Source: Prochlorococcus marinus str. NATL2A
GTDB lineage: Bacteria > Cyanobacteriota > Cyanobacteriia > PCC-6307 > Cyanobiaceae
Direction: 5' to 3'
Assembly: GCF_000012465.1 (NCBI RefSeq)
Contig: NC_007335.2
Span: 60,001 to 92,000, forward strand
DNA length: 32,000 bases
Shown one piece after another: positions 1 to 8,785 of this stretch. Under the pieces are notes generated by a model. It was given only the letters and a program-made list of their open reading frames with translations, was not told the DNA's origin and did no database searches. Within the stretch, counting starts at the first letter, position 1. Every line of letters begins with the position of its first letter. The translations under genes and the position numbers were made by a program.

Positions 1-1055
1 TGCACGCAGGTAGTGATCAATTGTCAGGTTCTACTCATTCTTTGGTTGATTACAACAGAGCAGGCGTAGCACTTGCAGAAATAGTAAGCAAACCTGATTT
101 AAGAACAGGTAGAGAGGCTGCGGAGTATGCAGCTGAAGTTAGAAGAATTATGCGTTATTTGGGAGTATCTGATGGGAATATGCAGGAAGGTTCCTTGCGA
201 TGTGATGTGAATATTTCAGTCAGACCAACTATCAATGATCCATTTGGCACAAAAGTAGAAATAAAAAATATGAATTCATTTTCAGCTATTCAGAAAGCTT
301 GTGAATATGAAATTAAGCGGCAAATTAAAGCTTATGAATCTGGAGAAGAAGTAAAACAAGAAACAAGGTTATGGGATGAAGGTAAGCAACTGACTAAAAG
401 TATGAGATCCAAAGAAGGCAGTAGCGATTATCGTTATTTTCCCGATCCTGATCTAGGTCCGATAGAAGTAAGTAATGAGTTAAAAGAAAAATGGCGTTCA
501 GAATTACCAGAATTGCCAGCTGCAAAAAGAAATAGATATTCAACAGAACTTGGCCTTTCTATTTATGATGCAAGAGTTTTGACTGATGAATCTTCAATGG
601 CGACATATTTTGAAAAAGTTGTTAACGAAGGTGGAGCAGCTAAATCTTCAGCAAATTGGATAACTGGAGATCTAGCAGCCTATATTAAGTCAAATAGATT
701 AACATTTGACCAATTACATTTTCAGCCGAGTGAATTAGCAGAAATGTTAAAAATGATTGATACTGGAGAAATAAGCGGCAAAATTGCCAAGGAAATTTTA
801 CCTGAACTATTAAGTAAAGGTGGTTCTCCAAAGCAATTAGTTCAAGAACGTGGTTTAGGTATGATTGGTGATCCTAAAGTTATTGAAGAAATTATCGATC
901 AATTGATCCTTAAGCATCCAAATGAGGTTGAATCTTTTAGATCTGGGAAGAAGAAATTGTTAGGGTTTTTTGTTGGTCAATTAATGAAGGAAACAAAAGG
1001 AAAAGCAGATCCAAAACTCGCTAATCAAATATTAAATAAAAAATTACAAGCTTAG
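1..1055 (+). CDS. gatB: Asp/Glu-tRNA(Asn/Gln) amidotransferase subunit B, C-terminal ~350 aa (5' end lies off the window)
   Basis: The frame is open from base 3 (HAGSDQLSGSTHSLVDYNRAGV...). LRCDVNISVRP, YRYFPDPDL and the C-terminal GatB/YqeY-type tail (GFFVGQLMKETKGKADP) are GatB hallmarks. The TTG at 21 in the ORF track is not the true start. Confidence 0.95.
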   Translation, partial: HAGSDQLSGSTHSLVDYNRAGVALAEIVSKPDLRTGREAAEYAAEVRRIMRYLGVSDGNMQEGSLRCDVNISVRPTINDPFGTKVEIKNMNSFSAIQKACEYEIKRQIKAYESGEEVKQETRLWDEGKQLTKSMRSKEGSSDYRYFPDPDLGPIEVSNELKEKWRSELPELPAAKRNRYSTELGLSIYDARVLTDESSMATYFEKVVNEGGAAKSSANWITGDLAAYIKSNRLTFDQLHFQPSELAEMLKMIDTGEISGKIAKEILPELLSKGGSPKQLVQERGLGMIGDPKVIEEIIDQLILKHPNEVESFRSGKKKLLGFFVGQLMKETKGKADPKLANQILNKKLQA

Positions 1056-1696
1056 AATTTATATAATTTTTTTAATTGTAATTTCCATGTCTCATCATCA
1101 TTAGAGTTATTAATGATGTGATCTGCAAATTGTTTTTTCAAAGAGTTTGCCCATTGAGCATCAATTCTTTGATTTGCTTCTTTAATACTTAAATTATCTC
1201 TTGACTGAAGTCGCTTTAATTGCATGCTTCTAGGGCAATCTATGTAACAAATTTCACTACATAACCCTGTATAATTTTTTTCAAATAGGAGTGGAATAAT
1301 CAAAATTACAATTGAATTTGATTTCGATTTTTCTAATTCTTCTTCAATTCTTTTGTTGACGAATGGATGTATTATTCCCTCTAGCCATTTTTTTTCAAGT
1401 TCATTTTGAAAAACTATTTTGGCCAATGCTTTGCGATTAATAATTTGATCATTTTTACTTGAATTTTTAATTATTTTACTTCCATATCTCAACCAGACTT
1501 TTTTGACTATTTCACTTTCAGCACTTAATGCTTCATGAGCGTATAAGTCAGCGTCTAAAATAGGCCATTGCTTGGCTTGAAATAGAAAATCTCCAATGAT
1601 TGTTTTTCCACTGGCGATACCCCCAGTGATTCCTATTCTTCTCTGCTTGCCTTTCCATCTAAGACAAAGATTGTTTGTTTGTTTTTGGTCAATCAT
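1052..1696 (-). CDS. coaE: dephospho-CoA kinase
   Basis: P-loop GITGGIASGKT near the N-terminus. Length (~210 aa) and layout are typical of CoaE. Its stop overlaps the gatB stop by 4 nt (convergent genes). Confidence 0.9.
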   Translation of the reverse strand: MIDQKQTNNLCLRWKGKQRRIGITGGIASGKTIIGDFLFQAKQWPILDADLYAHEALSAESEIVKKVWLRYGSKIIKNSSKNDQIINRKALAKIVFQNELEKKWLEGIIHPFVNKRIEEELEKSKSNSIVILIIPLLFEKNYTGLCSEICYIDCPRSMQLKRLQSRDNLSIKEANQRIDAQWANSLKKQFADHIINNSNDDETWKLQLKKLYKF

Positions 1697-1711
1697 TAAT
1701 AATGATAGTAA

Positions 1712-2974
1712 GTGAAAAATGCTCTTCTGAATTTGAGTCTTTTGACATCTTCTGTATGGTCTCCAATATCTGGTGGTATTACTGCCCCTGATGGTTTTTT
1801 AGCAGCTGGCATTTCCGCAGGATTGAAGCCTTCTGGGAAGAAGGATCTTGCTTTGCTATATGCACCTGATGGTGCGTGTTGCAGTGGGACATTTACTCAA
1901 TCAGTGACTCGTGCTTATTGCGTGGATCTTTGTATTGATCGAATCAAGGCATCTGAGGGAAAAATACGTGCTGTAGTTATCAACTCTGGACATGCAAATG
2001 CTTGTACAGGCAGTCGAGGCAAAATTGATAGTGAAATGATCACACATAAGCTTGCTCAACTCTTGAGACTATCTAGTGAAGAAGTTTTAATATGTTCTAC
2101 CGGTGTAATTGGAGAAGCAATACCTGTTGAAAAGGTTAATAGTCATTTGGATCAACTTATAAATAGTTTAGATAAAGAGGCATATCTAGATGCAGCAAAT
2201 GCAATTTTGACAACTGATCTTCAGGTAAAGCAAATTGCATATCAAGCAGTTTTAGGAGGAAGACGAATATCAATTGGAGGAATGGCTAAAGGTTCAGGTA
2301 TGATTCATCCTTCAATGGCAACAATGTTGAGTTATCTCACCTGTGATGTAGGCGTAGATCATGTTTTGTGGTCAGATATGATAAAGCGTGTTGCAGAATC
2401 CTCTTTTAATTCCATTACAGTTGATGGAGATACGAGTACTAATGACACTTTTTTAGCTTTTGCTTCTGGAGCAGAATTAGATCCAAGATATTTATCAATT
2501 CTCGAAGAGGGACTTCATTTAACAGCTCAACACTTGGCTAAATCTATTGCAAGGGATGGAGAAGGGGCTAATTGTTTGCTTGAGATAAAGGTTGAAGGTG
2601 CTTCAAGTGATTTAGATGCTCGTGCAATAGCCCGTACAATTGCTTCATCTTCTCTGGTTAAAACTGCAGTCCATGGGTCCGATCCTAATTGGGGAAGAAT
2701 TATTGCTGCACTTGGTCGTGCAGGCACTTCTTTTAATTTGAATGATGTTAAATTATGGATTGGACCTTATGAAATATTTTCTAATGGCACACCTTTGGAC
2801 TTTGACAGACAAATAGTTAGTAACTTTATGAAAGCAAGATTAACAGGTAAATATTTGATCGATGATCTTATCAGTATCAGATTGAGGATAGGGATAGGAA
2901 CAGGCTCGGCTACTGCTTGGGGATGTGATTTGTCTGATCAATATGTTCGTATAAATGCCGATTATACAACGTAA
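1712..2974 (+). CDS. argJ: bifunctional ornithine acetyltransferase / N-acetylglutamate synthase
   Basis: KGSGMIHPSMATMLSYLTCD contains the ArgJ self-cleavage ATML site. TTDLQ, GDTSTNDT and DPNWGRI motifs are also present. The GTG at 1712 is the first possible start after in-frame stops. Confidence 0.93.
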   Translation: MKNALLNLSLLTSSVWSPISGGITAPDGFLAAGISAGLKPSGKKDLALLYAPDGACCSGTFTQSVTRAYCVDLCIDRIKASEGKIRAVVINSGHANACTGSRGKIDSEMITHKLAQLLRLSSEEVLICSTGVIGEAIPVEKVNSHLDQLINSLDKEAYLDAANAILTTDLQVKQIAYQAVLGGRRISIGGMAKGSGMIHPSMATMLSYLTCDVGVDHVLWSDMIKRVAESSFNSITVDGDTSTNDTFLAFASGAELDPRYLSILEEGLHLTAQHLAKSIARDGEGANCLLEIKVEGASSDLDARAIARTIASSSLVKTAVHGSDPNWGRIIAALGRAGTSFNLNDVKLWIGPYEIFSNGTPLDFDRQIVSNFMKARLTGKYLIDDLISIRLRIGIGTGSATAWGCDLSDQYVRINADYTT

Positions 2975-3079
2975 CCTGAGATCAATTGCTATAAAAAGGA
3001 TTTAGGGCTGCTTGATTTAGACGCTACCGCAATGCTACCACTTAATACGCACATAGATGGATCTATTTAGGGAGATAGA

Positions 3080-3187
3080 TCTGCTTTCTCTCGAGATAGC
3101 TAAATTCAAGCGGCGTATGGGGGAAATGAGCGATGGTTCTATGACTAATGAGAGTGAAGAAATTTATGTTGGATATCTAAGTGGTTA
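3080..3187. repeat. conserved non-coding 3' flank of member 1 (inverted copy of 14095-14200)
   Basis: The reverse complement reads ACCACTTAGATATCCAACATAAATTTCTTCACTCTCATTAGTCATAGAACCATCGCTCATTTCCCCCATACGCCGC. At 14098 the sequence reads ACCACTTAGATATCCATTACAAATTTCTTCACTCTCATTATTCATATAACCACCACTCATTTCCCCTCATACGCCGC. Confidence 0.8.
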
Positions 3188-4642
3188 ACCAAAACCAGTC
3201 AGCTCAGTAAAGAGCGCTTTGTTCTCTGCTGATTCTGCAAACCCTAGGAGCGCTTCATAGCGCGTTTCAATTCCACTACTAAGGTTACCTACCCAGTAGT
3301 TAAGTCCTTCAGCATCAGCGTCTCTTCCAAGCACATTCTTATAGAGATTATTGACGTACGTCTCATCACTGACGTTGCTTCCATATTTTTCAGTGAACTC
3401 TGCAGAACCTAAAAATGATTGAGCAACTACACGTCTAGTATTTTTCCCCGAACTAAATTGATCAATCCAGTACTTCAATCCATCAGCGTCAGGGAAGCGT
3501 GCGAAGGCAGCGTTATAGAGACGGAACATCTCACCTGAGTCGGTGTTTAAACCTGTGACTTGATTGAATGTACCAATAACATCTTTATTGATATCGATCG
3601 ACGTATCTGAAAACTTAACTGTGGAAAGACCAGTTAAAGAGTCTATTGTTGAAGACGAATCTAACTTGATTCCATATTTATTATTGCCTTGATTAATAAA
3701 AGTGTATTCATGAAAAGCCCCGCTATAGTCTTTCGTCGTTAATATGTCTGGTTGATAGCCTGAAAGACCTTGATTATTAATTTGAAACATCGATTCTAGT
3801 TTTTCACTAGATGGTTTTGTTAATACTTTACTTATGTAATCTTCATATAATTGATGGCCTAGAGGATTATCTTTTTTGATTGATTCAGGAGTTAAATGGG
3901 AGTCAGACCATTCAGGGTCCATACTCCCAGAGTATTTTGGATTAAATCCCCATTCTGCGAAAGTAAGTGCATATTGATATTCAACTGTGACCATTTTCCA
4001 GTAATCGAAACTATTTTTACCTACATGTTCATAATCAGTTGCATCAAATACACCTGTTTTAATAGCTTCTTGAGCAGCCTCATAAAGTAAACCACTCCAT
4101 TGAAATTCATTATCTTCCTCATCAAAATTTTGATACGCAGTTCTATCTTCAATAAATATAAATTGATCAGGGTAAGCACCCGGTAAAGCAAATCTAACTA
4201 GTGTATGAAGAAGATGTTCTAGGACTTCGGTGATTTGTTCATTAGATGTTTTGATTGCATCCCCTGGAAGATTGTGTTGCCAGATAAAATCAGTCGCATT
4301 GTGTTTATCATTAGTACTATCCCAACCTGAGTAGTTTTTATTAATTAAAGGTGGACTATAAGAATCCATTTCTTCTACACCAATTCTTTGGAGAGTATTA
4401 ATCTTTTTTAAATGCTCAATTGCTTGTTGCTGTTTTGTTGAATTTACATTGGCTCCATTAGGGTCTAGAAGCAGCTTGGTTGTTTGGGCTACTTTACGTA
4501 TGAATTCATCTCCTACCGCAGCATTTCCCCCTGCTTCTTTTAGACCAGCAATTTTTATACCATAGACTTCTACAGATTTAGTAAATGGACCTAGTGCTGT
4601 GGTTGTAGTAAGTGCCCCACTGGAATATATAGCTTCAGTCAA
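3185..4642 (-). CDS. DUF4214-tailed protein with an N-terminal head of unknown fold (family member 1)
   Basis: 485-codon ORF. The C-terminal 190 aa are near-identical to the neighbouring gene: linker YSGAF..GTFDQVTG, then FRLYNAAFARFPDADGLKYW and NVLGRDADAEGLNYW repeats. Only a TTG start is available (an in-frame TAG lies 9 codons upstream). No signal peptide is visible by eye. Confidence 0.85.
   Translation of the reverse strand: MTEAIYSSGALTTTTALGPFTKSVEVYGIKIAGLKEAGGNAAVGDEFIRKVAQTTKLLLDPNGANVNSTKQQQAIEHLKKINTLQRIGVEEMDSYSPPLINKNYSGWDSTNDKHNATDFIWQHNLPGDAIKTSNEQITEVLEHLLHTLVRFALPGAYPDQFIFIEDRTAYQNFDEEDNEFQWSGLLYEAAQEAIKTGVFDATDYEHVGKNSFDYWKMVTVEYQYALTFAEWGFNPKYSGSMDPEWSDSHLTPESIKKDNPLGHQLYEDYISKVLTKPSSEKLESMFQINNQGLSGYQPDILTTKDYSGAFHEYTFINQGNNKYGIKLDSSSTIDSLTGLSTVKFSDTSIDINKDVIGTFNQVTGLNTDSGEMFRLYNAAFARFPDADGLKYWIDQFSSGKNTRRVVAQSFLGSAEFTEKYGSNVSDETYVNNLYKNVLGRDADAEGLNYWVGNLSSGIETRYEALLGFAESAENKALFTELTGFG
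3191..3694. repeat. copy A of a perfect 504-bp direct repeat (coding: C-terminal module of member 1)
   Basis: Read base by base against 4729-5232 (offset 1538), I found no mismatch. Identity decays within ~35 nt beyond 3694. Confidence 0.9.
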
Positions 4643-4722
4643 AATATCACCAGAATATTTGTTATCCTAATAAATTTATTTTGTAAGTGCTGTAGTTTAA
4701 ATTTTAGTAATGATTTGGCTTT

Positions 4723-6117
4723 TTAATTAAAACCAGTCAGCTCAGTAAAGAGCGCTTTGTTCTCTGCTGATTCTGCAAACCCTAGGAGCGCTTCATAGCG
4801 CGTTTCAATTCCACTACTAAGGTTACCTACCCAGTAGTTAAGTCCTTCAGCATCAGCGTCTCTTCCAAGCACATTCTTATAGAGATTATTGACGTACGTC
4901 TCATCACTGACGTTGCTTCCATATTTTTCAGTGAACTCTGCAGAACCTAAAAATGATTGAGCAACTACACGTCTAGTATTTTTCCCCGAACTAAATTGAT
5001 CAATCCAGTACTTCAATCCATCAGCGTCAGGGAAGCGTGCGAAGGCAGCGTTATAGAGACGGAACATCTCACCTGAGTCGGTGTTTAAACCTGTGACTTG
5101 ATTGAATGTACCAATAACATCTTTATTGATATCGATCGACGTATCTGAAAACTTAACTGTGGAAAGACCAGTTAAAGAGTCTATTGTTGAAGACGAATCT
5201 AACTTGATTCCATATTTATTATTGCCTTGATTGACAAAAGTATATTCATTAAAAGCCCCACTGTAAGATTTTGAATTATTAGATATCGGATATTTCAGGG
5301 AGGTTCTAGTATTTTCAAAGAAGTCCCAAATTATATTATTAGTATCTTTCCCTGAAATATTTAAATTAAACCAATTATGACCTCCATTAATAATTTTGTA
5401 ATTTGCTACTGTCAAGATTTGATTGTCAGTGGTGTAACTAGAAATTATGACGTCTTCACTATTAGATGTCTCTGAAATTATGATCGGACTACTTTTGATA
5501 GCATTTATTTCTTTCCAATATGAAAGAGCTTCGTCTACGGCGAGTAGTGATCCATCTATTCCCTCATAAGGTCTAATTGAGTCACTAGTGCCGGTCATGT
5601 TTAATACAGACGTCGAATGAGAAGGTTGGTCTCCTGTGCTCATTAGTTCATACATTGAGCCAGAGACTGCTGCTATTGCGGAAATCTTTGAACTTAGATA
5701 AGTAGCTAATCCATATGCCATATCTGCTCCATTGGAATATCCAACCGCATAAACTTTTTGAGAATTAATATTTAGATTATTAGAAATCAGATCTATTAAA
5801 TCATTTATAAAATTTATATCATCTGAATTACTTTTGTTTGTAGGGTCTTTTTTTAATGGGTTCCAATGTGGCTCTCCTGATGCTAATTCTGCTCCTTCAG
5901 GGTATACAAGTATAAATTCTTTATCTTCAGATAATTGCCTGAAATCTGATATTCCAAGTTGATATTCAGCACTTGTACCAAATGGGTGAAAGTTAAGAAG
6001 TAACGGAACCTCTTTTTTACCTTCATATGATTTTGGTATGTAGATTAAATATTTTCTGCTCAACTCTTTATGGACAAATGAATTAGTAGATAATTCCCCT
6101 ATCTTGAATCCTTCCAT
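4723..6117 (-). CDS. alpha/beta-hydrolase esterase (PHB-depolymerase / LpqC-like) fused to the DUF4214 tail (family member 2)
   Basis: The N-terminal 270 aa carry PLLLNFHPFG, ILVYPEG, HWNP and the nucleophile elbow GYSNGA. The C-terminal module is shared with 3185-4642. ATG start. Confidence 0.9.
   Translation of the reverse strand: MEGFKIGELSTNSFVHKELSRKYLIYIPKSYEGKKEVPLLLNFHPFGTSAEYQLGISDFRQLSEDKEFILVYPEGAELASGEPHWNPLKKDPTNKSNSDDINFINDLIDLISNNLNINSQKVYAVGYSNGADMAYGLATYLSSKISAIAAVSGSMYELMSTGDQPSHSTSVLNMTGTSDSIRPYEGIDGSLLAVDEALSYWKEINAIKSSPIIISETSNSEDVIISSYTTDNQILTVANYKIINGGHNWFNLNISGKDTNNIIWDFFENTRTSLKYPISNNSKSYSGAFNEYTFVNQGNNKYGIKLDSSSTIDSLTGLSTVKFSDTSIDINKDVIGTFNQVTGLNTDSGEMFRLYNAAFARFPDADGLKYWIDQFSSGKNTRRVVAQSFLGSAEFTEKYGSNVSDETYVNNLYKNVLGRDADAEGLNYWVGNLSSGIETRYEALLGFAESAENKALFTELTGFN
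4729..5232. repeat. copy B of the perfect 504-bp direct repeat (coding: C-terminal module of member 2)
   Basis: See 3191-3694. The last sense codon differs (GFG-stop versus GFN-stop). Confidence 0.9.
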
Positions 6118-6299
6118 ATCTTTAGAAGAAAGTGATTAGAATACAATAATCTATCTAGGTTTCTACAAACCTTGAAAGATTCAAAGAATCCCAGAGACAA
6201 CCAGCATCTGCCTAATAACTACGCCAACAACACAGAAAAAGATTACTCGGCTTAAGACGTAGAAAGGGAGGTTATTCATCTAATTTCTCAACAGATCAA

Positions 6300-6575
6300 T
6301 CAATCACCAAAACGATAATGCTTACGGACTGCCTTATGAACATCCCATCTACAGTCTATTCCTGCGGGGAAGACAACTAAGTCACCTGCTCCAAACTTCA
6401 CAGATTCTCCTCCATTAGGAGTAACTGTGACTTCACCCTCAAGCAATAAGCAAGTCTCCTTGTCGTCATATGTCCAATCAAAAGAGCTGGCATCACACGT
6501 CCAGATTGGCCAGTTTTTAATTCCTAATTCATCAAAGGTACTCTCAGGACAAGGAGAGGTGACTGATATAGACAA
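6300..6575 (-). CDS. small cupin-fold protein (cupin_3 / DUF861-like)
   Basis: 91 aa. WTYDDKETCLLLEGEVTVTPNGGESVKFGAGDLVVFPAGIDCRWDV matches the single-domain cupin beta-barrel pattern. The start is TTG. Confidence 0.75.
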   Translation of the reverse strand: MSISVTSPCPESTFDELGIKNWPIWTCDASSFDWTYDDKETCLLLEGEVTVTPNGGESVKFGAGDLVVFPAGIDCRWDVHKAVRKHYRFGD

Positions 6576-6748
6576 GAGATAAAAACATAGTGGACTTCAG
6601 TTTTAGCTCCTTATAGAAACAGTTGTCTAATAACTACTCAAATTTTTAAGGCATAGCCCTTACACATGAGAGATGATAAGTTTTTTTAATCTAAACTTGT
6701 AGTCCAATGACTTATTCGTTTTATTAGCATAGAACAATACATTAGTTA

Positions 6749-6955
6749 ATGGATTCAGCTAATCAAATCCAAGCCCTCGTTGACGAAGTAGAAAAGAACC
6801 CAGAATACAAAATTAGCGAACAAGAAGCTAAGGGCTTCCTGTCAGAGATTAAGCGACTCACAAAAGAAGATAAAACTAATATGCCTCCCTTGGTTGTGAT
6901 AATAATGGCTTATATCAACATGCTTTTTCCAGAACTAGATGAAGTGAAGGTCTGA
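6749..6955 (+). CDS. hypothetical protein (68 aa)
   Basis: ATG-initiated ORF with protein-like composition. No recognisable motif. Confidence 0.45.
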   Translation: MDSANQIQALVDEVEKNPEYKISEQEAKGFLSEIKRLTKEDKTNMPPLVVIIMAYINMLFPELDEVKV

Positions 6956-7046
6956 GGAAAAAGTTAAAAAGTATTCGAGAACAATCTTCACCAGATTGCA
7001 GTTCAAGTTTTCAGGAATGGACTAAAAAAATTGAAGATGCAGATAT

Positions 7047-7379
7047 ATGCCAGTCTTGATAATTGGGTTGAAAATTTACGACAGACTACCAGAGGACGAG
7101 CAAAAAGAGTTTGCATTAGTAGAGCGATATAGAACTGATTATTTTTATGAGTGCTATGAGTATGAAAATGCGAAGGGAAACAAAAATTATGAGTGGAGTG
7201 ATAGATGTTTTAAAAATCAGGAGGAATTATTGGAGTTCTTCGGTTATGAAATGATCGAAGACTTAAATTTAGATGCCGTGTATGCAAGAAGAGTCGAAAT
7301 GTTTACTGATGAGGATGAAAAAGAGTTGATGAAATTCTGTGATGATGGTAATCAAATAAAAGTAATGGGCGCAAACTAA
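7047..7379 (+). CDS. hypothetical acidic protein (110 aa)
   Basis: ATG-initiated ORF, co-oriented with its neighbours. No recognisable motif. Confidence 0.5.
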   Translation: MPVLIIGLKIYDRLPEDEQKEFALVERYRTDYFYECYEYENAKGNKNYEWSDRCFKNQEELLEFFGYEMIEDLNLDAVYARRVEMFTDEDEKELMKFCDDGNQIKVMGAN

Positions 7380-7492
7380 TCACGCTTTCAAATTGTGCCA
7401 GTATTAATACGCATTGAAATTAAATAGATAAGTAAAGAAGTCTAGCCATATTTTTTAGAGGTAGTTTTAATATATAGAGTTATAGATTTTAA

Positions 7493-8083
7493 ATGTCCCT
7501 TGGAATCACTGAGCTTGAGTTAACCGATGCTAGTACAATTTCAATTCCTACAGATGCAATATTGATACTTTTTCTATTAATTGTTTTTGCATTAATAGGT
7601 TATTACTTTCACAACATCCTCGACAATCAAACAAATCAATTTGTTGAAAAAGTAGACGATAGTTTACATCTTGAATTAGTCAAAGAAAAGCTAGAAGATC
7701 AATTAACTCTTGAGTCAGCAACAGTGAATCACGAAAAAACAGAAAAGCCAAATATTAAAAAACTAAATTTCATACCACCTTCAAAATTTTGGGGGATTGG
7801 TAGTTTGGCTGTTGTAGCCATAGGAGGATCAAGTCTTTTAAGGATCCAATCTATCCAAAATTCATATAAAGGAGTGAACACTAGTCAGGTCAATATCAAG
7901 ACAGAGAATCAATCGACAAAATCTTTATTATCAATGGCTCAAATAAAATCATCAAATCAATCTCAAACTAAAATAAAAAAAATTAGTTATGTTGATCCTT
8001 TATTATCAACTAACAATAGTTCCAAAAATAATAATTTTTTACAGGTTCAGCGAAGACGCACAGAGGATTTTTTCTCTTTCTAA
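7493..8083 (+). CDS. hypothetical membrane protein (196 aa)
   Basis: Hydrophobic helices (ILILFLLIVFALIGYYF and a second one around GIGSLAVVAIGG) and a Ser/Asn/Gln-rich tail. Confidence 0.5.
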   Translation: MSLGITELELTDASTISIPTDAILILFLLIVFALIGYYFHNILDNQTNQFVEKVDDSLHLELVKEKLEDQLTLESATVNHEKTEKPNIKKLNFIPPSKFWGIGSLAVVAIGGSSLLRIQSIQNSYKGVNTSQVNIKTENQSTKSLLSMAQIKSSNQSQTKIKKISYVDPLLSTNNSSKNNNFLQVQRRRTEDFFSF

Positions 8084-8331
8084 AACGTATAAGCCAGCAC
8101 TATATTTACCCCTCATATCCCTGAGCAAGTGGGTACACAGGACCAAAGGATATGTCTTTTAGTACTGTTACCTTAGTGTTACCCTTCGTTTCAGCTTTCC
8201 GCAAATCCTTTCCTGTATTAGCATTTCTAGGCTACGTCGTATAATCAGCATTTATATTAACCTTTGGGTATGTTAGGAGTCTGCACTCTTAAGATTGACT
8301 GCTATAACTAGACTCTTGAAGAATAGGCAAT

Positions 8332-8622
8332 ATCACACAATTCTCACACTTTCATAGAGGGGATGAAAACATTTTCACCCCCTAATACAACACCAAAAAT
8401 GCGTAATCAAATCACACTATTCTCACAGTTTTAAATTCTTATTACGCATATAAGAGATAATTCAGTCATGCCAATGGATCTGAATTATCACACTTTCAAG
8501 TTGTGTAATCGGCATTTATTCACTACATCCCCTGTTTTGATTCACTACATATGTCTACTACTTGGATTAGAAAGAAAAAAATAATCACATAATAATCACA
8601 CTCACTCACAAAATAATCACAC
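8332..8622. repeat. cluster of ATCACA(C/T) motifs and short direct repeats in a 700-bp non-coding spacer
   Basis: ATCACAC occurs at 8332, 8411, 8487, 8595 and 8616, and ATCACAT at 8584. ATCACAC-n-ATTCTCACA is repeated at 8332 and 8411. TTCACTACAT occurs twice (8519, 8541). AATAATCACA occurs three times (8580-8622). Confidence 0.6.
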
Positions 8623-8785
8623 TCCTACTCTTAAAGTCTCAAAAACCATCTCTGAGGTGGTATCCCTAGCGACACCACCTACTCAATAAAAGATACCAAT
8701 TAACTGCCACTCTAACTAGCAATACTAAGATTAAGGTTATTGCATATTTTTAATTCTAAAACTATTTGCAAGACTTTATTCATTA

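Noticed and set aside
2527-2727. Antisense or overlapping ORFs from the track: 2527-2727(-), 3896-4090(+), 13137-13382(-), 17998-18231(+), 30363-30764(+), 10454-10669(+), 21568-21759(-), 22525-22716(+), 26323-26559(-), 31615-31809(-) and 31792-31995(+).
   Set aside because: Each lies inside or against a much longer ORF with clear homology or better composition, or consists of low-complexity AT-driven codons. I treat them as shadow ORFs.
3117-3188. A 23-codon plus-strand ORF (MGEMSDGSMTNESEEIYVGYLSG) inside the conserved 3' flank of member 1.
   Set aside because: The homologous flank at 14095-14180 has indels that break this frame, giving a stop after ~10 codons. The conservation is therefore not explained by this peptide.
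4130-4200. A possible zinc-protease motif in the head of member 1 (VLEHLLHT).
   Set aside because: The order is E-H-x-x-H, which is neither HExxH nor HxxEH. No supporting third ligand or Met-turn motif was seen.
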